Part shown: positions 7,839 through 14,982 of the stretch, piece by piece | Numbering within the stretch: position 1 is the stretch's first letter | Layout: each line of letters starts with the position of its first letter | NCBI GenBank assembly: GCA_048061075.1 | Contig: JBGMRC010000002.1 | Coordinates: 1 to 27,201 of the forward strand | DNA: 27,201 nt | Source: a bacterium | GTDB lineage: Bacteria > BMS3Abin14 | Direction: 5' to 3' | The notes under the pieces: generated by a model | Databases searched by the model: none | Seen by the model: only the letters and a program-made list of their open reading frames with translations | What the model was told of the DNA's origin: nothing | Position numbers and translations under genes: made by a program

Positions 7839-9176
7839 ATGAGGAAAGCCCGTCAGCCCCATCAGAGCATAGTACAGCTTTTAATTACGGCGTCTTTACT
7901 GCTTATTATTGTCTATACAGCAGTCCCCCGGCAAGCCACCTCTGCAATAATTTCAACAGGTAAAAGAGCAATACCTTTCTCAGGTGTAGGTCTCAATAAT
8001 GAAAAGATCGATATTGAGCCTCTCATCGGCAAGGACGGGAAGGTTGCCAAGGTCATGAAGGGATATGAAGAAGAAGAAGAGCTTAAGTGGCTTCACAAAT
8101 ACATTGAAGCCCTGGTGAGCGAGACACCGATTACGCAACTTGCGGGAATAGGTGAGGAGGACGAATTCGAGATCCTCTTTCCTACTAACTTTACCAAGAC
8201 ATTTCAGGATTCCATATATGTAATTGGCATGACTCCTGAGAGCGGAGTCAAATTGACTTTAAGCCTTAACGGAGGCAGCAGGCAGGAAATAGTCTCTGGA
8301 AGGGAAATCTTCTATTTCAGGACCCCGGTTTCTCTGGGGAGCAACTATATCGAAGTCTCCAGGACCGGCCCGGACGGCAAAAAGACCAGCAGAGCAATCG
8401 TTCTCTTCCGTGAACCCAAGATGGGAAAGGGATTTGAAAGCGAGTTCCCTGTCTTCAAATTCCACATCAGGGAAAATGAGGAGAAATGTAAAAAATGCCA
8501 TGAGGTGGAACCACCCCAGACAACCGACAGAAATTTCATGATGATCACCCAGAGGTGTATGGACTGCCACAAGGAGTTGGCCGACAAGAACTACGTCCAC
8601 GGACCTATCCCTGTGGGCGGGTGTGCCCCCTGTCACGATTTCGGGTCTCTTCCTGCCCGGTATGAGCTTTTTACAACAGGATCCGATCTGTGTTACGGCT
8701 GCCACCAGGAAAAGCAGGAGGAGTTTGCCAAGTCCTTCGTTCACGGTCCTCTGGCGGCGGGCTTATGCTCGATCTGTCACAGCCCCCATGGCTCCAATGA
8801 GAAGTACAACCTCCGCCTTCCTCAGGGACAGATGTGTACAACCTGTCATCAGAAGATAAGGGAAGAGTCAGTACGCTCCAATCCCCACAAGCCCTTTGAT
8901 GAAGGCGCGTGTGCCGGCTGCCATAACCCCCATTCTTCCAATAACCCCGAATTCTTTCTGGAAGGTATGGGAGAGGATCTGTGCTTTCAATGTCATAATG
9001 AAGAAATAATGGAGGGTCATCGACATCCGGTGGGCGTTGTCCCCAATCATACTTTTCCGGGGATGAAATTAACCGAACTGGGTGAATTGATGTGCCTCTC
9101 ATGTCATAATCCTCATGCTGGAGATTCAGAAGCTCTGCTGCCCTCTAAAGGCTGTGCAGCCTGCCACGCTTATTAG
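7839..9176 (+). CDS. Decaheme c-type cytochrome (paired-CXXCH/cytochrome c3-like family) with an N-terminal non-heme Ig-like domain
   Basis: Signal peptide. Ten CxxCH motifs: CKKCH, CMDCH, CAPCH, CYGCH, CSICH, CTTCH, CAGCH, CFQCH, CLSCH, CAACH, with the HGP..G.C..CH.PH pattern of the doubled-CXXCH family. A ~200 aa heme-free N-terminal region has a beta-sandwich pattern. Confidence 0.93.
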   Translation: MRKARQPHQSIVQLLITASLLLIIVYTAVPRQATSAIISTGKRAIPFSGVGLNNEKIDIEPLIGKDGKVAKVMKGYEEEEELKWLHKYIEALVSETPITQLAGIGEEDEFEILFPTNFTKTFQDSIYVIGMTPESGVKLTLSLNGGSRQEIVSGREIFYFRTPVSLGSNYIEVSRTGPDGKKTSRAIVLFREPKMGKGFESEFPVFKFHIRENEEKCKKCHEVEPPQTTDRNFMMITQRCMDCHKELADKNYVHGPIPVGGCAPCHDFGSLPARYELFTTGSDLCYGCHQEKQEEFAKSFVHGPLAAGLCSICHSPHGSNEKYNLRLPQGQMCTTCHQKIREESVRSNPHKPFDEGACAGCHNPHSSNNPEFFLEGMGEDLCFQCHNEEIMEGHRHPVGVVPNHTFPGMKLTELGELMCLSCHNPHAGDSEALLPSKGCAACHAY

Positions 9177-9353
9177 AGGGATCTGATATTCGGAAGAAAA
9201 ATAGGCGGAATAGTGGTATATAAAATCACCGAGGGCAACATCAAACAGTCCACCCTGCATGCCGTTCAGGATCTTGTGACCTCTGTAGAAAAAGTGACTG
9301 AAAGGAGATGGGAGACAGAATCCTCAAGATGATCACCGAATTCCTTCTGAAGG

Positions 9354-11141
9354 TTGAAAGTGAAATCAAGAGCCCGTAAAGGGAGCCCCGGCAGACTCCG
9401 GGATAGTAGAGTTATGAAAACTCACCGCCCGAGACCGACAGGCTACATTACCCTGTTTATCCTGCTGCTTGCCATTCTGCTCCTCGCCATTATTCTGGCT
9501 TCCCTGGGACAGCGCAGCCTGAAAAGGGAAAAATCCCTCCTGCTGGATCTCAAAAGAAGACAGGCAACCCTCATGGTGAGGTCCATCGCCTCTGCTGCCC
9601 GCATCAGCACGATGATGCTGGAATCCGGGGACCGCAACCTTGTTCGTTTTGTAAATGATTCTGCCGAGTCGGAGGAGGTGCTTTTTGTCGCGCTTTACGA
9701 TAACTCCGGCCGATTTCTCACGGGTAGCCATCGTTTCATTCCCGACCTACACGGACTTTCTCTGAGGGAGCTTAACAACAGGCTGGCAGGTGCGGATGAA
9801 TCCTACGCTCTGGAGGAACTGCCCGAACTGGGCAGGTTGTTCCTTTTTGTTAGCCGGTTCAATCCTCTGGACAGTTCGTGGATACACCTCAGGATGCTGG
9901 AGATTCCCTCAATACCGGGAGTGACCGAAGAATCCGAGGAAGCTGAACATGGATACTATGTACTGATAGGAATGGACACTACAGATCTTGATGAAGCTGT
10001 GGGGGAGAGCACAAAACAGCTTCTGCTCAACGGTTTCATGTTCCTGCTCCTCGGTACGACAGGATTTTACTTCCTGATAGTGATGCAGGGCTACTTCTCG
10101 GCACGGAAAGCCCTGGCCGATGTACAGCAATACACCGTGGATGTTATCGATGGGATGGCTGAGGGACTTGTGAGCATAGACGAGGAGGGTATTATCAGGA
10201 CCGTCAATCCGGAAGCTCAGAGAATGCTCAATGTTAAATCAAAAGAAATCACAGGAAAACACTGGAGTGATTTCTTCAACGAAGATCAGTGGGAGAACAT
10301 GAGTACTCTCCTCTCAAGGGGGATGCCCTTTTACGATCAGGAAATGCCGGCGCAGGACAAAGATGGGCCCCATCTGGCCGCGACGATGATACCTGTCAGG
10401 AGTCAGGTGGGGGGCGGAGGATCGGTCCTTTTCCTCAGAGACACCGGTGAGGTCAAACTGCTGCAGGACGAAGTCAGGCGGTCAGAAAGACTGGCAGCCC
10501 TTGGCCGTCTTGTTGCAGGGATGGCACATGAGATCAGGAATCCTCTGAATTCCATACGCGGTTTCTCACAGCATCTGAGTCAACGTTTCAAGCAGGATAG
10601 CCAGGAGGGCCGTTCCATCAAGATCATAATGAAGGAGGTAGACAGACTTAACCGGGTAATTACTGAACTGCTGGATTTTTCCCGCCCCCGCGAACCGGTA
10701 CTTGAAGAACTCGATCTGAATGAAGTTGTGAGGTCAGCCGCCTCCCTGGTTGAAAGGGAGTCTATCAGTCAGGGTGTAAAAATGGTCGAGAAACTCCGGC
10801 CTGAAGGGCTTTTTATAAACGGGGATGGGGACGGTCTGAAGCAGCTTCTGATAAATCTCTTTCTCAACGCGTTCCAGGCACTGCCGGAAGGTGGAGTTCT
10901 CACGATCACCACTTCCCTGGCCAGAGATTGCGCCCAGCTGGAAGTTTCCGATACAGGCACGGGCATCACTGGCGAAGACCTGGACAGTATTTTCGAGCCC
11001 TTTTTTACGAGGAAGGCGGAAGGTACAGGTCTTGGCCTTGCCATAGTTCATAGAATAGTTCAGGATCATGGAGGAGAGATAAGGGTCTTATCTACTCCCG
11101 GCAAAGGAACGACTGTTATGGTAAAATTCCCCAAGCTCTGA
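9354..11141 (+). CDS. zraS: Membrane sensor histidine kinase, ZraS/HydH-like (2 TM, periplasmic sensor, PAS, HisKA, HATPase)
   Basis: TM1 YITLFILLLAILLLAIILA; TM2 LLLNGFMFLLLGTTGFYFLIV; PAS (VIDGMAEGLVSIDEEG); H-box GRLVAGMAHEIRNPLNSI; N, G1, F and G2 boxes. The true start may be ATG 9414. The symbol denotes family resemblance, not proven orthology. Confidence 0.85.
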   Translation: MKVKSRARKGSPGRLRDSRVMKTHRPRPTGYITLFILLLAILLLAIILASLGQRSLKREKSLLLDLKRRQATLMVRSIASAARISTMMLESGDRNLVRFVNDSAESEEVLFVALYDNSGRFLTGSHRFIPDLHGLSLRELNNRLAGADESYALEELPELGRLFLFVSRFNPLDSSWIHLRMLEIPSIPGVTEESEEAEHGYYVLIGMDTTDLDEAVGESTKQLLLNGFMFLLLGTTGFYFLIVMQGYFSARKALADVQQYTVDVIDGMAEGLVSIDEEGIIRTVNPEAQRMLNVKSKEITGKHWSDFFNEDQWENMSTLLSRGMPFYDQEMPAQDKDGPHLAATMIPVRSQVGGGGSVLFLRDTGEVKLLQDEVRRSERLAALGRLVAGMAHEIRNPLNSIRGFSQHLSQRFKQDSQEGRSIKIIMKEVDRLNRVITELLDFSRPREPVLEELDLNEVVRSAASLVERESISQGVKMVEKLRPEGLFINGDGDGLKQLLINLFLNAFQALPEGGVLTITTSLARDCAQLEVSDTGTGITGEDLDSIFEPFFTRKAEGTGLGLAIVHRIVQDHGGEIRVLSTPGKGTTVMVKFPKL

Positions 11142-11175
11142 TCACTTTTGAAAAAATCTCTGGAGGAAACAAGCT

Positions 11176-12570
11176 TTGGCCAAAGACGATCGCAAGGCTG
11201 CTCATAAAATACTCATAGTTGACGATGAGGCTTCCCAGAGGGAACTTCTTGAAATGGTTCTTGTTGAGGAGGGTTATACAGTAGAAACCGCCGGCAGCGG
11301 TGAAGAAGCGGTAGGGAAAGTACAGGAGAACTTTTACAACATAGTTATTCTGGACCTTAAGATGGCCGGGATCGGGGGCCTCGAAGCCTTGAAGCATATC
11401 AAGGAGATCTCCCAGGCCATTCAGGTCCTGATCGTCACTGCGTATGCCAGTGTTGATTCGGCGGTGGATGCCATGCGATCGGGAGCCCTGAACTACCTGA
11501 CTAAACCTGTGGATCTGGATGAGCTGAAGGTCCTGGTGGAAAAGACCATGGAGGTCTCGGACCTTGCCGTCGAGAATGAATCCCTTCGAGCACAATTGAC
11601 CAGCAGCCTGCAGATCAGCGATATTATAGGTAACAGCCCGAAAATAATGGAAATATTCGAGACCATAAAGATAGTTGCGCCCACAGACGCGACAGTGCTC
11701 ATCCTCGGCGAGAGCGGGACAGGCAAGGAACTTGTAGCAGATGCTATTCATCGTAACAGCCCCAGGACATCACATCCCCTGATAAAGGTAAACTGCGCGG
11801 CTCTTCCGGAATCCCTGCTCGAGAGCGAGCTGTTCGGACACGAGAAGGGATCTTTTACCGGGGCTGTTTCCAGGCGTGAGGGCAGGTTCAAACTGGCAGA
11901 TGGCGGTACACTCTTTCTGGATGAGATAGGCGAGATGAGCTTCGTTCTTCAGGCAAAGCTGCTAAGGGTGATCCAGGACAAGACTTTCGAGAGAGTAGGG
12001 GGTACTGAGACTATTGCCGTGAATGTTCGACTTATAGTCGCAACCAACAAAGATCTGGACAATGAGGTTAAGGAGGGTCGGTTCAGAGAAGACCTTTATT
12101 ACAGGCTGAATGTATTTCCGATCACTCTGCCCCCTCTAAGGGAAAGGCGGGAGGACATCCCCATACTGGCCGAATACTTCCTCAATATTATTTCGGGGCG
12201 GAACAGAAAGAGGATTCGTGGTTTTTCTCCGTCTGCGATGGATCTCCTTATAAGAAATCAATGGAAGGGTAACGTCAGGGAGCTTGAAAACGTTGTGGAA
12301 AGGGCTGTGATCATGGCTCGCGGAGATCTGGTTCAGACAGAGGACCTGCCCGCCAACCTCCGCCAGGGTGAATCGGAAGAACCCGTCGGAGTGACCCCTG
12401 GCAGGCCCCTGAGTGAGGTCGAAAAAGAGGCAATAATCAGGACATTGGAGTTAACCGGCGGCAACAGGACAGAGGCTGCGAAACTCCTTGGCATCGGTCG
12501 CAGAACCCTGCAGTATAAGCTCAAAGAGTATAGGCTGTCATCCTCAGGTGAGCAAGAAGTGCGCAAGTAG
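11176..12570 (+). CDS. zraR: Sigma54-dependent response regulator (REC-AAA+-Fis HTH), ZraR/HydG-like
   Basis: TTG start with GGAGGA at 11162-11167. REC (ILIVDDE, LDLKM); Walker A GESGTGKE; [15 protein letters not shown]; GNVRELEN; [39 protein letters not shown] and RNRK.I.GF.P.AMDLLI resemble ZraR. The symbol denotes family resemblance. Confidence 0.9.
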   Translation: MAKDDRKAAHKILIVDDEASQRELLEMVLVEEGYTVETAGSGEEAVGKVQENFYNIVILDLKMAGIGGLEALKHIKEISQAIQVLIVTAYASVDSAVDAMRSGALNYLTKPVDLDELKVLVEKTMEVSDLAVENESLRAQLTSSLQISDIIGNSPKIMEIFETIKIVAPTDATVLILGESGTGKELVADAIHRNSPRTSHPLIKVNCAALPESLLESELFGHEKGSFTGAVSRREGRFKLADGGTLFLDEIGEMSFVLQAKLLRVIQDKTFERVGGTETIAVNVRLIVATNKDLDNEVKEGRFREDLYYRLNVFPITLPPLRERREDIPILAEYFLNIISGRNRKRIRGFSPSAMDLLIRNQWKGNVRELENVVERAVIMARGDLVQTEDLPANLRQGESEEPVGVTPGRPLSEVEKEAIIRTLELTGGNRTEAAKLLGIGRRTLQYKLKEYRLSSSGEQEVRK

Positions 12571-12666
12571 TGTCAGTGAATGTTGCATTTTTTGCACAAA
12601 TTCTGTAGTATGGAAAAACTGACAATTTTTTTTACTTGCAAAAGTGTTTTATTTTTCAGTGTCTTA
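12571..12666. promoter_or_regulatory. Candidate enhancer (UAS) and IHF site for the downstream sigma54 promoter
   Basis: TGCA-N5-TGCA dyad at 12584-12596. TGTCAGT (12571-12577) and ACTGACA (12618-12624) form an inverted pair. AT-rich tract with TTTCAGTGTCTTA (12654-12666), two mismatches from the IHF consensus WATCAANNNNTTR. Confidence 0.45.
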
Positions 12667-12692
12667 TGTTATTATACTATTGAAGTAGAGCA

Positions 12693-12708
12693 TGGCACAA
12701 CATGTGCA
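12693..12708 (+). promoter_or_regulatory. Sigma54 (-24/-12) promoter
   Basis: TGGCACAACATGTGCA versus consensus TGGCACGNNNNTTGCW. GG-N10-GC spacing is exact. Predicted +1 near 12719. Confidence 0.8.
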
Positions 12709-12718
12709 TTACAATTTT

Positions 12719-12850
12719 GAAAGCAAATCGGTAACCTGCTAAGCCCCCAACTTCATCCGGTCTTTGGCCGGATGAAGATGCACCCCCAATGCTCGGTCCT
12801 ATACCGAGCCGACCCCTCAACGGCCCCCAACGTTGAGGGGTCATTTTTTT
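12719..12850 (+). ncRNA. Putative sigma54-dependent small RNA (~130 nt, three stem-loops, three RCCCCCAA motifs)
   Basis: Begins at the predicted sigma54 +1. Stems at 12751-12777 (12 bp), 12791-12809 (7 bp) and 12811-12842 (12 bp perfect), followed by a T7 tract. RCCCCCAA at 12743, 12782 and 12823, all in unpaired regions. No credible ORF. Confidence 0.72.
12811..12850 (+). terminator. Intrinsic (rho-independent) terminator
   Basis: gacccctcaacg-gcccccaa-cgttgaggggtc followed by aTTTTTTT. Confidence 0.88.
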
Positions 12851-12867
12851 GTCTTAATTTTGTTAAG

Positions 12868-13023
12868 GTCGTAAAAAGTCCATCCGTGGCTTTTTGCTCC
12901 TCGGGAAGTGAAAAGCGACGTTTTCCCTTCCCTCACGAATCCATAACTCACGTTGCAGGTTATGGATTCGGGCGCCCACGCTCGGGCGCGATGATAATAT
13001 GCAAGTCATTGATTTTGGCGCCC
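12868..13023. repeat. Multi-hairpin intergenic element (MITE/REP-like), probably incomplete
   Basis: Starts GTCGTAAAAAGTCC. Four consecutive hairpins: 12873-12895, 12903-12932, 12936-12970 (12-bp perfect) and 12972-12989. 13001-13023 is an 18/23-identical second copy of 12955-12977. Confidence 0.55.
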
Positions 13024-13034
13024 CTCAAGGTGAT

Positions 13035-13108
13035 AAAGCAGGGAAGAGGGAGGAGGGTAAAGAGAGGAGTTTTGAGATTCTTTTTTCCTCCTCCCTCTTC
13101 CCTGCTTT
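13035..13108. repeat. Perfect 22-bp purine/pyrimidine inverted repeat with a 30-nt spacer
   Basis: aaagcagggaagagggaggagg (13035-13056) is the exact reverse complement of cctcctccctcttccctgcttt (13087-13108). Confidence 0.92.
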
Positions 13109-13160
13109 CCACGATTCATGTTATATGTTTCGGTATTTTCGCTATGGTGAAATCCGATTA

Positions 13161-13176
13161 TGGCCTGGATCGTGCT
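13161..13176 (+). promoter_or_regulatory. Weak candidate sigma54 promoter upstream of the cobM-like gene
   Basis: TGGCCTGGATCGTGCT: GG-N10-GC with 3 mismatches to consensus, about 100 nt upstream of ATG 13274. Confidence 0.35.
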
Positions 13177-13273
13177 ACAAAAGGTGAATGATGAACGGTT
13201 TGGTAATTAAACTCGTTCTTCCTACTCCCTGTGAAAAATACAGGAATCTAAAGGAATAGAGAGAATCTAAAAC

Positions 13274-14074
13274 ATGAATAGAGCCGATATGAAAAAAAAG
13301 GACAAAAACAAAGTCTACTTCATAGGCGCCGGTCCTGGAGACCCGAAATATCTTACCCTTGAGGGGAGGGAGGTTCTGAGTGAGTGTAGTTTTGTCTTTG
13401 CAATGCGACCTTATCCTGAAACCTTTGCTGAGTTTCTGGAGGGGAAGGACCTGGCGGACCCTTTCGAATATGACTTTAAAAAGATCGATCAGGAGGTTAA
13501 CAGGCAGCTTAAGAACGGTTCGGTAGGTTTTATTATCCCCGGTGATATGATGGTATTTTCCCCGTTCCTGCCCCTTGTGGATTGGTTCGGTGAGCGGTCA
13601 AGGGTAATAGCCGGTGTCGGGATCCTGAATGCGGCCGCTGCCCTTCTGAAGAGGACTCTGGATATGACGTCCGTTAGCCACTGTGTAGTTCTGACGAGCC
13701 CTAAGCACATAGACCGCGATGGCGAAAAGGGGGAGCTTGCCAGGCTCGCTGCCCTGAGCGGAACCCTGGTTCTTTATATGAACAACAGGCCCATTTCCCA
13801 ACTGGTCAGTGAACTGGGAGACCGTTATGCACCCGAAACACCCGTGGCCGTTATTTACCGTATCGGACTGCCGGAGGAAAAAGTATACAGGGGTACTGTC
13901 GCAACCATAGCCGATGTAGTGGGCGATGATGACCTTTTCGGCCTTGAGTCAGGAGAGCCGTCCATGGCCATAATTATTATAGGAGATGTCCTGACATCCA
14001 GGTCCGATCCCAAATTCTGGGACAGGCGGAAGAAGCAATTCTGGGACAAACGATACAGGGTACACAGGGTTTGA
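13274..14074 (+). CDS. cobM: Tetrapyrrole methylase, precorrin-4 C11-methyltransferase (CobM/CbiF)-like
   Basis: KVYFIGAGPGDPKYLTL; GD...F; VIAGVG...AAAA; TLVLYM; ETPVAVIYR...PEEKVYRGT, all typical of CobM/CbiF. The sequence is divergent. Confidence 0.7.
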   Translation: MNRADMKKKDKNKVYFIGAGPGDPKYLTLEGREVLSECSFVFAMRPYPETFAEFLEGKDLADPFEYDFKKIDQEVNRQLKNGSVGFIIPGDMMVFSPFLPLVDWFGERSRVIAGVGILNAAAALLKRTLDMTSVSHCVVLTSPKHIDRDGEKGELARLAALSGTLVLYMNNRPISQLVSELGDRYAPETPVAVIYRIGLPEEKVYRGTVATIADVVGDDDLFGLESGEPSMAIIIIGDVLTSRSDPKFWDRRKKQFWDKRYRVHRV

Positions 14075-14161
14075 CAGGGAATGATTTAGATAAAGAAAGC
14101 AACCGGGATTTTGGGTTTACGACCCTATCAAGACTGATTGAACATAAAAGCGAGGTTATAG

Positions 14162-14908
14162 TTGGAACAACAAACGGCTATTAGCATCAAAGACCTGAAC
14201 TACACATACCCCGACGGGACCTGTGCCCTCAAGGGTGTGAGTCTTGAGGTTGGGGATGGTGAAAAAGTCGCGATTGTCGGGCCGAACGGGGCGGGAAAAT
14301 CAACCCTGATCCTTCACCTGAACGGGATCCTTTCGGGGGGGCAGGGGCAGGTGTTCATTCAGGGACAGGAGGTATGCAGAAAAAACCTGAAGGTGATCAG
14401 ATCGAAGATCGGTATTGTGTTCCAGGATCCTGATGATCAACTGTTTTCTCCAACGGTTTTTGATGATGTCGCCTTCGGTCCGCTGAATATGGGGCTAGGT
14501 GAGGAAAACGTGAGAGAGCGTGTAAAGCAGGCCTTAGAGGATGTGCGACTTTCAGGGTTCGGTGAGCGGTCCGCACACCATATGAGTTTCGGTGAAAAAA
14601 AGAGGGCGGCTTTGGCCACAGTTCTTTCCATGAAGCCTGATATTATTGTCCTCGACGAACCATCGAGCAATCTGGATCCCGCCAACCGCCGGCAGGTCAT
14701 CGAGCTCCTGTCGTCACTGAAAAGGACCATGCTCATTGCGACCCACGACCTGGAGCTGGCCCTTGATGTGTGCACGAAGGGTATTCTTCTCGACTCGGGA
14801 AAAGTTGTAGCGTCAGGTGGAATGGAGGAAATACTCGGCGACGGGGCACTTATGACGGGGCACAACCTGGAGGTGCCCCTGTCTTTGATGTTGGGACTCA
14901 GGAATTAA
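14162..14908 (+). CDS. cbiO: ECF transporter ATPase (CbiO/EcfA, cobalt/nickel type)
   Basis: Walker A GPNGAGKST; Q-loop VFQDPDDQLFSPTV; DVAFGP.N; signature MSFGEKKR; Walker B VLDEP; ATHDL. Confidence 0.85.
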   Translation: MEQQTAISIKDLNYTYPDGTCALKGVSLEVGDGEKVAIVGPNGAGKSTLILHLNGILSGGQGQVFIQGQEVCRKNLKVIRSKIGIVFQDPDDQLFSPTVFDDVAFGPLNMGLGEENVRERVKQALEDVRLSGFGERSAHHMSFGEKKRAALATVLSMKPDIIVLDEPSSNLDPANRRQVIELLSSLKRTMLIATHDLELALDVCTKGILLDSGKVVASGGMEEILGDGALMTGHNLEVPLSLMLGLRN

Positions 14909-14911
14909 CCA

Positions 14912-14961
14912 GTCCCACGACCCATGCCCCAGGTAAACCCGGGTCTTGGGTCCTGGGTCGC
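14912..14961. repeat. Imperfect hairpin built from 7-bp units (possible terminator/REP-like element)
   Basis: gtcccac gacccat gccccag ... gggtctt gggtcct gggtcgc. Related to the 3336-3356 repeat. Confidence 0.6.
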
Positions 14962-14982
14962 AAATCCATAAGGATTTAACCA

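Noticed and set aside
9177-9332. In-frame open stretch (~51 codons) after the decaheme TAG; possible read-through (pyrrolysine) or gene remnant
   Set aside because: No pyl genes in the window, the cytochrome ends naturally at its last CxxCH, and an open stretch this long can occur by chance.
13145-13180. ggtgaaatcc upstream of cobM, resembling part of a cobalamin riboswitch
   Set aside because: The other conserved elements (GGGAA, GCCCCCGCAACTGT, the B12 box) are absent.
12772-13191. 139-aa and 62-aa ORFs across the sRNA/repeat region
   Set aside because: No RBS or recognisable domain, and they run through a strong terminator and several hairpins. Better explained as non-coding structure.
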